A stretch of 64,000 nt of DNA. It comes from a virus. Shown here in pieces: positions 35,775 through 45,108 of the stretch (the stretch's first letter is position 1; each line of letters opens with the position of its first letter). The DNA lies in the IMG/VR virus record IMGVR_UViG_3300027850_000002, positions 111,416 through 175,415 of that record; one strand, 5' to 3'. A program made the translations under genes and the position numbers. A model generated the notes under the pieces. The model was given only the letters and a program-made list of their open reading frames with translations. It had not been told where the DNA came from and ran no database searches.

Positions 35775-38700
35775 CAGCCACCTCCACGCAGAATGTTCGA
35801 ACCCACCAAGACGCCGCCGCCGCCACTGCCGCCAGCAATGATCTCGAGCGGATCTTGCGCCAGGAGAAGCGGATCGACTTCAACCTCGACTTGACTCGGC
35901 AACACGATGATCGAGCCGGTCACCGCTTGAATGGGCACGCCAATCGAACTACGCGAACCGTCAGCCACTGTACGGAACTCGGTGTTGCCGCTGTACGGTC
36001 CTTGCGGGTCGACGCTGTTGAGCGGGACGCTGCCGTTCCAAGGTACAGCGAATGCGTGACGCGACTGATCGGTTTGATACAAGTTGTTCGTCTTGAACAC
36101 GACCTTGTGCATCATGTAGTCGCGGGCAGTGCTCACCGTGATCGAAGTGCCGCCGTAGCCGTACGCTCGATCCGGCAAGTGCAAGAAGGACGATTCGCCC
36201 TTGATGCCACGACCCGCAGGCGCACCGCCGGTCTGTAACCACACCCACGGCCACAACCGCAGGTGGTTGCCTCCGACAGCAGGGTCACACCCAAAGAGTC
36301 CTCCGCCACCGCTACCACCACCCGCGATGGTGCCGTAGAGCGTCTCGTAGGTCGGAGAGCCGACGTTCGTCCAAAGCGCGTTCTCAGCAGTGAACGCCTC
36401 GCCGTAAAAAAACGCTGCGAAGGGTTGTGCGAACGGCGGGTAGTTGCTGTTTCCGCTGGAGTTGAATGCGCCCTGCATCCCGGAGAAGCCTTGTCCAGGC
36501 GAACTCCGCTGAGACACGTAGACAACGTACGGATCAGGGTCGGACGGGTCTGCGTTCTTGATCGGGTCATAGAACATGAACCCGGACGCTGAGCCGTTGA
36601 ACTTGCCGGTGTACCAGTGGTGTCCTGCGTGAACGAAGTGCGCACGACTTCGTGAGACGTCGTACGCGGTCGCGGCATATCCGTCGGAGCCTCCGGTGTA
36701 TGGCAACGCCTGGCCTTGGTTGTTGCCAGTCGGCGCCTCGAAGAAGTCCGTCTCCTGTTGCCAACCAAACACGGTGTCGACACGGTCCCAGAAGTATCCA
36801 GGTCCAGGGATGAAGCCTGAGTAGTTGCGCCCGCCTGCCATCGCGAGAACACCGCGCGCGTTGTCAAACCACATCGACCCGCCGACGCGCGGCAGGCTTG
36901 CCGGCAGAAACGTTTGCAGGACCCAATTTCCGCCGACCCATTTCCACGTATCGGTAGGAAAGATGCTGCCGTTGTACCCGCCGTACAGCCACACATTCGT
37001 TCCATCGCCACACATCGCCACCGACTCGCGCGTCCCTGGATTGTTCGCGGGTGCGAGCAAAGTCCAGTTTGATCCGTTCCACGAGTACGTCGAGGACTGG
37101 AGTGTCGGAGAACCGTCGTAGCCTCCGTACAAGATGACGCGGTCGCCGGCGCCATCCCATGCCATCGCGTGAAGAAACCGTGTCGCGGGTGTCGTCACGG
37201 GAACGGCGTTCGTCCACGTCACGCCGTTGTACATCCACGTGTCCGAGAGTGCGCTGTTGTTGCGATCACGACCGCCGAAGAGCACGACACGGCTGTTGGC
37301 CACGTCGTATGCCATCGAATGGTGGTACCGCGCTGACGGAGACGTTGTAGGAAAGATGCGTGTCCACTTCGTGCCGTCGAATTCCCATGTTCGATCGGTC
37401 GCGCCGTTTGGTGGCGTAACCGTGTCGTTGTATCCACCGAACCAGACGAGCACCTGTCGAACAGGGTCATAAACCATCTGTGAGCCGTGCCCAGCAGACG
37501 GAATGGCGCGGACAACACTCCACTGCGTACCGTTCCACAACCAGGTTTGGTTGCTGGTCTGGTTGCTGAACCCCCACGGAGCGTAGTCGTTTCCCGATGG
37601 AAACCCGGAATGCACAACCATACGTGCTCGATCAGAATCGAAACACGTAGCTGCACTGGCACGCCGACTCGGGGCACGTTCGTCCGGAAGCGAAAACGGT
37701 GTCGACGGTGATGCGACGGCCAGTGTCCAGTTCGTGCCGTTCCATGTGTATGTAGCACCGTCGTAGATGCCGCCAGCGAGCAACCCGCCCAACATCACAA
37801 TCTTACCGTTGGTCGTGTCTGTCACCATCGCTTGCGTCGAGCGTGCTGGTGGTATGGTGCCCGGAGCAAGCAACGTCCACGTATTGGTCGCTGTATTGAA
37901 CTCGTACGTCTGGCTGTTCGGGACTCCGCCGTTCTCGCCGCCGAACATGATGATGCGTCCGTTGGACGGGCTGATGCCCATGCCAGCGCCCGCGCATGCG
38001 GTCGGTGTTCCAACGGTTACGAGCAACGACCAATCCGTGCCGTCCCACTTCCAGGTGTCGTTCAGATACGTGCCACCCTGATCCTTGCCGCCGAACATGA
38101 TGATCGCATCCGCCGCGGGCGACCACACCATGGATTGTTGCTGGCGTGCGGGCGGTGTCGTAGTGACTGTAGTCGATGGGTGCCAACGCACGCCGTTCCA
38201 GATCATGGTCGTGGGCGTGGTTTCGATGTTGAAGTTGTCGATGAGGCCACCGAACAACACAACCTCTTGACGAGTCTCGTCGTACGCCATCGCGCCATTG
38301 CGACGAGGCCGCGGAGATCCGTTCCACGAGACCGTCGCAGCTTTCCAATCCGTGCCGTCCCACAGCCATGTTTGGATGTCGACGAAGTTGCCGCCAAACA
38401 AAACGCCTCGCTGACGAGCCTTGTCGTAGGCCATCATCGCGCCATCAGCAGCCGGCGGTGAATGTGCCAGTGAGTCAGGGTTACTGTCCCCACTGGTATC
38501 GAGCACGACCCAATCGTCGACGGCCAGCCCGCCTGCAACGAACCACCCGTCAAGATTGTAGCCGTACCCGCCTGCCCACCATCCATAGGGCGCAGCGTTG
38601 TCAGCGCTGATCGTGAACGTCTGATCCCCGTCTGGGTAGAGCGGGACGACGGCGAACGTCGGTGCTGCATCTGTTCCGCCACCGACAATGATGTGCTCAT

Positions 38701-39109
38701 CAACAGACGTCGGTGTTTCGATTGCGGACGGTGTTCCGCTCGTGAAAGGCGCAAACAGCGTGTACTTGATACGCCAACACAGGTTTGCAGAAAATCCAAG
38801 GAGGGGCGCGTACCCGAGTGTGTTGAGCGCTGCCGGATACACCGTGGCGTCGTCGACACGCTGAAAACAGAACATCGCACCGCTGTCCGGCTTCTTGATT
38901 ACAAACCACGCGAGTGTGTTCGCCATGCCGCCTGCGCCTGCGCCTGCGGTCGTGATGACGTCGTTGACGTTGCCTGGCGTTGTAGAGAACGTCGTACCAT
39001 CACTCGACGCTTGTACGACCCAACCGCAGCTCTTGAGCAACTGCTTGATTCGGAAGATCGCCTCCGCGAACGTGGCGGGAATGAAATTGGCGTCGAATTG
39101 CATGGTCAT
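35774..39109 (-). CDS. Kelch/galactose-oxidase beta-propeller tail appendage (putative receptor-binding protein)
   Basis: About a dozen P.AR....M.YD...V.LFGG...DTW.W.G..W repeats inserted into a scaffold shared with the two upstream genes. Confidence 0.8.
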   Translation of the reverse strand: MTMQFDANFIPATFAEAIFRIKQLLKSCGWVVQASSDGTTFSTTPGNVNDVITTAGAGAGGMANTLAWFVIKKPDSGAMFCFQRVDDATVYPAALNTLGYAPLLGFSANLCWRIKYTLFAPFTSGTPSAIETPTSVDEHIIVGGGTDAAPTFAVVPLYPDGDQTFTISADNAAPYGWWAGGYGYNLDGWFVAGGLAVDDWVVLDTSGDSNPDSLAHSPPAADGAMMAYDKARQRGVLFGGNFVDIQTWLWDGTDWKAATVSWNGSPRPRRNGAMAYDETRQEVVLFGGLIDNFNIETTPTTMIWNGVRWHPSTTVTTTPPARQQQSMVWSPAADAIIMFGGKDQGGTYLNDTWKWDGTDWSLLVTVGTPTACAGAGMGISPSNGRIIMFGGENGGVPNSQTYEFNTATNTWTLLAPGTIPPARSTQAMVTDTTNGKIVMLGGLLAGGIYDGATYTWNGTNWTLAVASPSTPFSLPDERAPSRRASAATCFDSDRARMVVHSGFPSGNDYAPWGFSNQTSNQTWLWNGTQWSVVRAIPSAGHGSQMVYDPVRQVLVWFGGYNDTVTPPNGATDRTWEFDGTKWTRIFPTTSPSARYHHSMAYDVANSRVVLFGGRDRNNSALSDTWMYNGVTWTNAVPVTTPATRFLHAMAWDGAGDRVILYGGYDGSPTLQSSTYSWNGSNWTLLAPANNPGTRESVAMCGDGTNVWLYGGYNGSIFPTDTWKWVGGNWVLQTFLPASLPRVGGSMWFDNARGVLAMAGGRNYSGFIPGPGYFWDRVDTVFGWQQETDFFEAPTGNNQGQALPYTGGSDGYAATAYDVSRSRAHFVHAGHHWYTGKFNGSASGFMFYDPIKNADPSDPDPYVVYVSQRSSPGQGFSGMQGAFNSSGNSNYPPFAQPFAAFFYGEAFTAENALWTNVGSPTYETLYGTIAGGGSGGGGLFGCDPAVGGNHLRLWPWVWLQTGGAPAGRGIKGESSFLHLPDRAYGYGGTSITVSTARDYMMHKVVFKTNNLYQTDQSRHAFAVPWNGSVPLNSVDPQGPYSGNTEFRTVADGSRSSIGVPIQAVTGSIIVLPSQVEVEVDPLLLAQDPLEIIAGGSGGGGVLVGSNILRGGG

Positions 39110-39113
39110 GGGT

Positions 39114-40247
39114 TCACGTCAACGGCAGCGAGCCGTTCCAATCGAGGATGACCTTGCCCACGACGATCTTATCGCGTGAGGTGACGGCCTTGAGTGCTTG
39201 TCCGTTGGAAAGATGTGCGTTGCAGAACTGCATCAACGACGACACCCCTTTGTAGCCGCGGATCATGCCGGGTGCAGACAATCCAAACCCGTCGGTGCCC
39301 ACTTGAAATTGGGGGGCTGTGATTTTGTTGTTGTAGCTGTTGTACGACCAACCCATGGGGAGGCCGTACACGACAGGCCACCGATCAACTTTGTTGTTGA
39401 TCGGATTTTGCATTCGTCGTTCAGACGCTACGTAGTCCGGGAAGTGTGTTTGCATCGGAAGCCACGTCTCGACAGGGCCGCCGTAGTCGATGTACCCCCA
39501 GATCGAACTCTGTCCGGGTTGAAACGCGTATTGAAGCTCGTCGTCGAGAGCGTTTCCGTAACCCGCCCACGTGAAGTAGAACGCGTACGGATCGAGGTCT
39601 CCTGGAACAGCATGCATGATCGGGTCGAACACGGCGGCCCAGCCTGTGCGTCCGCTGAGGTGTCCGTCACCTTGCATGCCGTAGCCAACTATCCACCAGC
39701 CATACGGGGCAGCGTTGTCAGCCGCAATGTGGAAGATGGTGCCGGTGATGCGCTGCGACCCGAGCCACTCGGACCATTGAGGCGACGCATCTGTTCCAAA
39801 CCGTGCGGGGTCTGATCCGTATTTGCCGAGTACGAACTGTTCATCCAGCGCGTACGGAGTCTGGATGGCACTCGGTGTACCGCTGGTGAAGCCAACGTTG
39901 ACGGAGTATTTGATTCGAAACCCCGTGGACTGCGGATTCGCGGTATCGCCCAATCGACGCTGAATCTGAAAACACAACTGTCGGTTGTCGTCGGGCTTCT
40001 TGATCACGAACCACGCGAAGTCTTGGTTCATCTTGTCAACGGTCGTGATGACATCATTGGCGTTGCCCGGCGTCGTGTTGAACGACGTGCCGTCACTCGA
40101 TGCTTGGATGACCCAGCCCACCGACTTCAAGTGCTCCTTCAGCGTGAAAAGCATTGTTGCATGTAGACCTGCGGTCCCCAGACCCCCACTGGTGCTCCAG
40201 TCAGGATCAAAGCCGCGCAGAATATTGTTTGCGCTGAATTGCATCAT
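39114..40247 (-). CDS. tail appendage paralogue 2
   Basis: Shares LK..GWV.QASSDG, AWFVIKKPD, KG.SS, WNGS.P with its neighbours. Confidence 0.65.
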   Translation of the reverse strand: MMQFSANNILRGFDPDWSTSGGLGTAGLHATMLFTLKEHLKSVGWVIQASSDGTSFNTTPGNANDVITTVDKMNQDFAWFVIKKPDDNRQLCFQIQRRLGDTANPQSTGFRIKYSVNVGFTSGTPSAIQTPYALDEQFVLGKYGSDPARFGTDASPQWSEWLGSQRITGTIFHIAADNAAPYGWWIVGYGMQGDGHLSGRTGWAAVFDPIMHAVPGDLDPYAFYFTWAGYGNALDDELQYAFQPGQSSIWGYIDYGGPVETWLPMQTHFPDYVASERRMQNPINNKVDRWPVVYGLPMGWSYNSYNNKITAPQFQVGTDGFGLSAPGMIRGYKGVSSLMQFCNAHLSNGQALKAVTSRDKIVVGKVILDWNGSLPLT

Positions 40248-41218
40248 GCGATGTCTCGCTTCGGCAGGGTGCCGTTCCAGGGTGCCGCGACGAGATAGCC
40301 GAACCCAGGGCCAAGGATGATGCGATCGCCTAGGGTGTCGACGGTCAAGACTGTGCCGATCGATCGCGGATTCAACACGTTCTTGAACAACGACGACAAC
40401 CCTTTGACGCCTTGTCCCATGCTCTTCGTGAAGCCGTAGATGATAGGACCGAGGTCGTCTTTGCCGTTGTATGGATTCGCACCTTGTCCATCGTATTCTG
40501 AACCAGGCATCACGATCCCCGAGGAGTAGTCATCGTAGAGCCACTGACCGTCGTACATCGCGAAGCGTTGCTGTGTGCCCGTACCGACGTACCCCCAACC
40601 AAACAAGTAATGGTCGGCCGTGCAGATGTACACGTATGGATCCGGGTCGATGGACACAGCAAGTGTGTTTGGATGGAGTGCGTCCATCGCGATCATCTGC
40701 GCGTATTCGTAGTCGCCGTTGCTGCCGTCCAACACGGCGGCATAGAATCGCCAGGGCGCCGTGTCTTCGACACAAATGTTCCACCGGATATCGCGATTGA
40801 AGCCGCCGAGATTGAACCCGTAAAAGTTGTCGTCGGAGACGAAACCACTGTCTGGTGCGGTTGGCTTGTCCGTCGCGGGGATCGCGCCTGCGACGAACCC
40901 CGCAGTCTTCGACACTCCGATGTACCAGTACTGAGAGCTAATGTTGTTGTCTGGGCCTTGTGGAAACAAGCCGCGCTGGAACATCCACTCATGTAGATTG
41001 TCCGGCGCCCGGACAACGAACCACGCGTTGTTGTTGTCCATGCCGTTGGCGCCGCTGTTGCGGTGTGCGATCTGATCGCCTGAGGCGTTGTACGTGATGC
41101 CGTCGGACGAGATCGGCACCGTCCACCCCACCGCCTTCAACGCTTCCTTGAGTGCGAAGACGGCCCACGGTGTGAACCCGTAGCGCAGGAAGATGTTGTT
41201 GTTGAAAACGAAGGCCAC
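40244..41218 (-). CDS. tail appendage paralogue 1
   Basis: GTG at 41218 with AGGAG SD. Same conserved N- and C-terminal motifs. Confidence 0.65.
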   Translation of the reverse strand: MAFVFNNNIFLRYGFTPWAVFALKEALKAVGWTVPISSDGITYNASGDQIAHRNSGANGMDNNNAWFVVRAPDNLHEWMFQRGLFPQGPDNNISSQYWYIGVSKTAGFVAGAIPATDKPTAPDSGFVSDDNFYGFNLGGFNRDIRWNICVEDTAPWRFYAAVLDGSNGDYEYAQMIAMDALHPNTLAVSIDPDPYVYICTADHYLFGWGYVGTGTQQRFAMYDGQWLYDDYSSGIVMPGSEYDGQGANPYNGKDDLGPIIYGFTKSMGQGVKGLSSLFKNVLNPRSIGTVLTVDTLGDRIILGPGFGYLVAAPWNGTLPKRDIA

Positions 41219-41219
41219 G

Positions 41220-41636
41220 TTAGGGCTCCTTGGGCTTGTCGGGCTTGTCGGGTTTATCGTGTTTGGCGGGCTCGCCTGCTTCACCGTTCACGAGCAATCG
41301 ATCGGGAATCGGCGGCATCAGAACAGGTGTTGGTGTCGGCTCGACGGGCAAGACAGTCGGACCGACGATCCAACCGCCCGCCTTCAAGATCGACAGGGCC
41401 TCGAGAGGTGCGTCGAACTCGGTCTCCGGTTCTCCGAGAAAATCAACAAGGCCCCATGTGATGGGAAACCGCCCTCGCTTCACACGAGCACGCACCCGCA
41501 CGCGCACAGTGTTGTTGGGGACGGGCGCGTCCTTGGACTCGGGCTCAGCTTTACCCAGTGCAGCAGGTGCGCCTTGAAGTTCAGTTTTTTCCTGTGCAAC
41601 AGGTGCACGCAGCGGTCGTTTCACCTGACGCTTCAT
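41220..41636 (-). CDS. Pro-rich hypothetical protein
   Basis: ATGA-coupled, ends in a (DKP)3 repeat. Confidence 0.5.
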   Translation of the reverse strand: MKRQVKRPLRAPVAQEKTELQGAPAALGKAEPESKDAPVPNNTVRVRVRARVKRGRFPITWGLVDFLGEPETEFDAPLEALSILKAGGWIVGPTVLPVEPTPTPVLMPPIPDRLLVNGEAGEPAKHDKPDKPDKPKEP

Positions 41637-42145
41637 GGTTGCGGCTCCCATACTCCATTGGTGACGTGACCGTGAGCGCCGCACGTACGGCACTTCAAGC
41701 TCGGCGTCAGCGTGAGCGGTTCAACGCAGATGATCTGGTGGACCGGAGCCCCGTCGAGAGGTCGCACGGCGCAGAACGACTGGCACACGGCGTTCGAGTT
41801 GCGTGCGTCGATGTGCGTGTGCAGCCAGCCGATGAGGATCTCGTCTTTATCGAGCACGGCCTCGAACGTGTGGCCATGTCCCAGCTCAAGTGCTCCGACG
41901 TGGACAAGCGGCTCCTTGGATGTAGGCTGCGCCTTCGTGGGATCATCACGCCACGCGGGCCTGCCATTGATCTCGTCGAGGTCATCGGCGGTGCGCGCGA
42001 TCGGCTCCTCGAACCTTTGCTTACGCAAGCAGTCACTGCACAACGGGCGGTGTGCGAGCGGCGTGTTCGGGACATGATAGAGACGCTCGTCGATGCGCTT
42101 GCAGTCGCACTCGCCGACGCCGACGTAGACCGGACGCTCCATCAT
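41633..42145 (-). CDS. Cys/His-rich protein with DUF6527-like C-terminus
   Basis: PLTLTPSL.C..CG.HG.VTNG.W. Confidence 0.6.
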   Translation of the reverse strand: MMERPVYVGVGECDCKRIDERLYHVPNTPLAHRPLCSDCLRKQRFEEPIARTADDLDEINGRPAWRDDPTKAQPTSKEPLVHVGALELGHGHTFEAVLDKDEILIGWLHTHIDARNSNAVCQSFCAVRPLDGAPVHQIICVEPLTLTPSLKCRTCGAHGHVTNGVWEPQP

Positions 42146-43533
42146 CAGCGCCGTCCCGGCAACGCGAACGCGGCAGCGGCGGCTTCCTCACCCAGCGAGG
42201 CCCACTTCGGATTCTGTGGTGGGCTGTGTTCTTGGATGAGGGGCTTCGCGTTGCCGAACGCCTGGCCCATCAGGTTGCCGGGACGGGCCGGGTCCTTGAT
42301 GTAGTTCGTGAACGCGTGGTTCATGCCGTGCTGGTGCGCAGCTGCAGCAGCTTCGCCGCGCTCTATCACATCAGTACGAAGGCCCGTGGGCTGACCCGGC
42401 TTGATCGGAAGGTAGTCCACGGCTTTGCCACCGACGATGTTGCCTTCGTGCACGTCGTGCAGACGCATGCCGTTGGGACGCTCGCCGCGCACGCGCGTGG
42501 CCGCTTCGAAGCTGGACGTCGCGCCCGGGTGATCGGTGGCGTGCTCGTAGAAGTGCGCGGGTCCGATCTTTGTCGGGGTCTCACCCTTGTACTGCGCGAC
42601 GTACGGGTTGCCGCGCAGTGCGGTTCCGGCCTCCGCCTTGTTCGCGACCATCAGGGGACCGGAGATGCCTTGCGGGTCGTAGACCTTGCGGACCGCGATG
42701 CCGTGCTCGGGGTGCGCGACGAGCGTCGACGTTCCCTCCATGCCGCTGCCGATGTGTTTGATCTGGCTGCCGGCCGCAGACGGCTTGAGCACGCCGGGCG
42801 TGGTAGCGAGCCGGTTCGCTGCACCCATGTTGCCGGTGTTGATGTGCTGCTGGATTGCACGCATGCCTGCGCGCGCAGCCGTCTTCTCCGTTGAGAACGA
42901 TGCGGCCTTCTCGCCGAGCGACTTCTCGCGTCCGGTCAGCGGGATCTCGTGGTGATCGCGTGCCGCTACGTGCGCGTGGTCGATCGTGAACTTTGCATCG
43001 AACGCGGGAAGGTGACCTTCAACGCGCCCCTTGTCGCCGAGGTAGCCAAGCGTAATGTGCGGGGTGAAGGTGTGGAGATCGGACGGGTCGATACCGTGCG
43101 TAGAAAGAGCACGCGACATGTCGACGTGGAGGTGTTCGAGGCCTGGCGCGTCGAGTAGCGCGACCAGAGCAGTCGAAGGCTTGCCGCCGCTCGAGGCGCC
43201 ATCGAAGTAGCCCCAGCCTTGGATCTTGGCGTCGATGGGTTCGGTCTTTTCGCCGACCTGGCGAAGCGCGGAGAGTGCGGCATGTACCTTCTCGGGTGGA
43301 TGGTCCTCGGCGGGCTTGCGCGTGTAGACCAACGTGACGTGGTCAATGTCCTTGTGCTTCGACGCATCCGGGATGACCTTCCTCTGGATTTCCCGAAGGT
43401 TGTCAGCGACATGCTCGGGCACGCGAACGTGCACGAAGAACGTCTTTGGATCAGTCGAAATCCTCGCAGTCTTCACCTGGCTGGAGGCCAGAAGAAGCTC
43501 ATCGAGCACCGCGGCAAACGAGACGGTTCGCAC
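42145..43533 (-). CDS. 2H phosphoesterase (Acb1/LigT-like) fused to a minimal protein-kinase-like domain, with K-x-A sites and C-terminal tag
   Basis: HVTL and HITL 2H motifs. IGSGMEG, AVRK, HDVHEGN, VDY kinase motifs. GTG 6 nt after TATAAT. Confidence 0.75.
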   Translation of the reverse strand: MRTVSFAAVLDELLLASSQVKTARISTDPKTFFVHVRVPEHVADNLREIQRKVIPDASKHKDIDHVTLVYTRKPAEDHPPEKVHAALSALRQVGEKTEPIDAKIQGWGYFDGASSGGKPSTALVALLDAPGLEHLHVDMSRALSTHGIDPSDLHTFTPHITLGYLGDKGRVEGHLPAFDAKFTIDHAHVAARDHHEIPLTGREKSLGEKAASFSTEKTAARAGMRAIQQHINTGNMGAANRLATTPGVLKPSAAGSQIKHIGSGMEGTSTLVAHPEHGIAVRKVYDPQGISGPLMVANKAEAGTALRGNPYVAQYKGETPTKIGPAHFYEHATDHPGATSSFEAATRVRGERPNGMRLHDVHEGNIVGGKAVDYLPIKPGQPTGLRTDVIERGEAAAAAHQHGMNHAFTNYIKDPARPGNLMGQAFGNAKPLIQEHSPPQNPKWASLGEEAAAAAFALPGRR

Positions 43534-43538
43534 GGGGA

Positions 43539-43547
43539 AATTATAGG
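43539..43547 (-). promoter_or_regulatory. CCTATAATT leaderless promoter
   Basis: TATAAT on minus strand at 43540-43545, GTG at 43533. Confidence 0.6.
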
Positions 43548-43585
43548 TGTTCCGGCCGTTTGCACCGGAACCAAAAAAAAATCCA

Positions 43586-43594
43586 CCTATCATT
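43586..43594 (+). promoter_or_regulatory. CCTATCATT leaderless promoter (divergent partner)
   Basis: TATCAT 43588-43593, ATGs at 43597 and 43600. Confidence 0.5.
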
Positions 43595-43596
43595 AC

Positions 43597-44028
43597 ATGA
43601 TGGTCCCACCACCACCGAAGACGATCGCGGCGATCATTGCTGGTGTCGTCATCGCAATCACGCCTGCACTGTTTGGTTACTTGCAGAGCCGTGATGAGAT
43701 CAGCGCGAAGTATCGACTGACCCAGGATGAAGCCGCGAACGGCTACACCGCGCTTGCCACGTCAGTCAAAGAACTTCAGGCCGCGATGACGGCACAGCAC
43801 GACTACATCGTGAAGCTCGAGGGACATCTCGAGGCGATGGACAAATTCGTGCTGTCGAACATCGACAAGCCCATGCTGATGCCTACGGTCGACGGCCATC
43901 AGCCGCCTGGAAAGCCTGTCACACCGGAGCAACCACCCAAGCCGATCGAACCGCCTGCAAAGCCCTCGTTTGGGGATCTACCGGCCGATTTCACTGCGGC
44001 GACGCAACAGGCTGCACCGTCGTCGTAG
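43597..44028 (+). CDS. TM-coiled-coil-Pro-rich protein (spanin-like topology)
   Basis: N-terminal TM, coiled coil, Pro-rich tail. Next to the SLT gene. Confidence 0.55.
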   Translation: MMVPPPPKTIAAIIAGVVIAITPALFGYLQSRDEISAKYRLTQDEAANGYTALATSVKELQAAMTAQHDYIVKLEGHLEAMDKFVLSNIDKPMLMPTVDGHQPPGKPVTPEQPPKPIEPPAKPSFGDLPADFTAATQQAAPSS

Positions 44029-44046
44029 TGTGTTAAGATCCGCGAC

Positions 44047-44577
44047 ATGTCAATCATTATCGCGTTTCTGACGTTGTTTCTTGTATCGGCAGATGATGTA
44101 GAGACCTTCCGAGCGACCGCGCCGTCCTACCTCACGACAGAGACCGCACGTGATCACCTGGTCGCAGCACGTATGGCCGCTGTGTATCATCGTGTCGATG
44201 CGGACTTGCTGCTCTCGATCGCATGGTTCGAGAGTCGTTACACCATCGACGCGGTAGGGCCGATGGTCCGCGGCAAGCGTGCATGTGGCGTCCTCCAGCC
44301 GATCATGGAGCAGAGGTGCAGCGAGACGCCGTCTCTGATGGGCGGATACTTCGAAGGCGCCAAGCACCTGCGCGAATGGATGAACGCGGCGCGTGGTGAC
44401 ATGCGCACGGCGATGCTCGGGTACGCCGGCGGCTACGCACTGATCAAGGCCTGCGACGAAGGGCCGTTGATGGTGCAACGCGGCGGCCGTGAGGTGGACC
44501 TGTGCACCGTCGTCAACGCCCGCTTCTCCCGCATGCGTTGGATTCAACGTATGAGAGCAAAAAAGACCGCCGTCTAG
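44047..44577 (+). CDS. lytic transglycosylase (SLT) with signal peptide
   Basis: LLLSIAWFESRY (catalytic E), ACGVLQ, GYAGG. Confidence 0.8.
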   Translation: MSIIIAFLTLFLVSADDVETFRATAPSYLTTETARDHLVAARMAAVYHRVDADLLLSIAWFESRYTIDAVGPMVRGKRACGVLQPIMEQRCSETPSLMGGYFEGAKHLREWMNAARGDMRTAMLGYAGGYALIKACDEGPLMVQRGGREVDLCTVVNARFSRMRWIQRMRAKKTAV

Positions 44578-44665
44578 CGAAGCTTGATCTACACAAGCGC
44601 ACCCGCGCTTGTGTTGACCGCCGCTACACAGCGGATCTCGTGAGAGGTCCACGGAGTGGCTGGAG

Positions 44666-44863
44666 CTACTCGAACAGGTCGAGCAGGTCGCCACCCGTGC
44701 TTTCGTCCTCCAACGGGGCCTCGCCTGCTACTTGCCGGCGTAGCCACGTGCGGTGACGTCGTTTGAGCAACGCCAGTCGCTTCGCTTTGCTGAACGCTTC
44801 CGCGAAGCTCGTCGCGCCGAGAAAGGGCACGCCATGGGGCTTGCCGTTGGTCCACGTCATCAC
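44666..44863 (-). CDS. hypothetical protein
   Basis: Coupled small ORF. Confidence 0.4.
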   Translation of the reverse strand: MMTWTNGKPHGVPFLGATSFAEAFSKAKRLALLKRRHRTWLRRQVAGEAPLEDESTGGDLLDLFE

Positions 44864-45108
44864 TCACCGCTTGGTATCACATCGTCAAGAGGCGCAGCAA
44901 CGATACATTGAAGACACGTCGGGAAGCCGTCGACCTTCGTTCGAGCGTTGACGTCGTCCACCGTTACTTGCAGACGACAGAGAGTTGTGTATTCGACACG
45001 GTCAACACCGTGGGGCGTGCCGTACACGAGCTTGAGGATCGAGTGCTTCAGCTTTCGTAGAGGATCGAACCAGAGCCAGGGTATGTTCTCGCGGGTTTGA
45101 AACGTCAC
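44860..45108 (-). CDS. HC3-type zinc-finger mini-protein
   Basis: LKH...TTLC...PTCLQC. Confidence 0.6.
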   Translation of the reverse strand: MTFQTRENIPWLWFDPLRKLKHSILKLVYGTPHGVDRVEYTTLCRLQVTVDDVNARTKVDGFPTCLQCIVAAPLDDVIPSGE

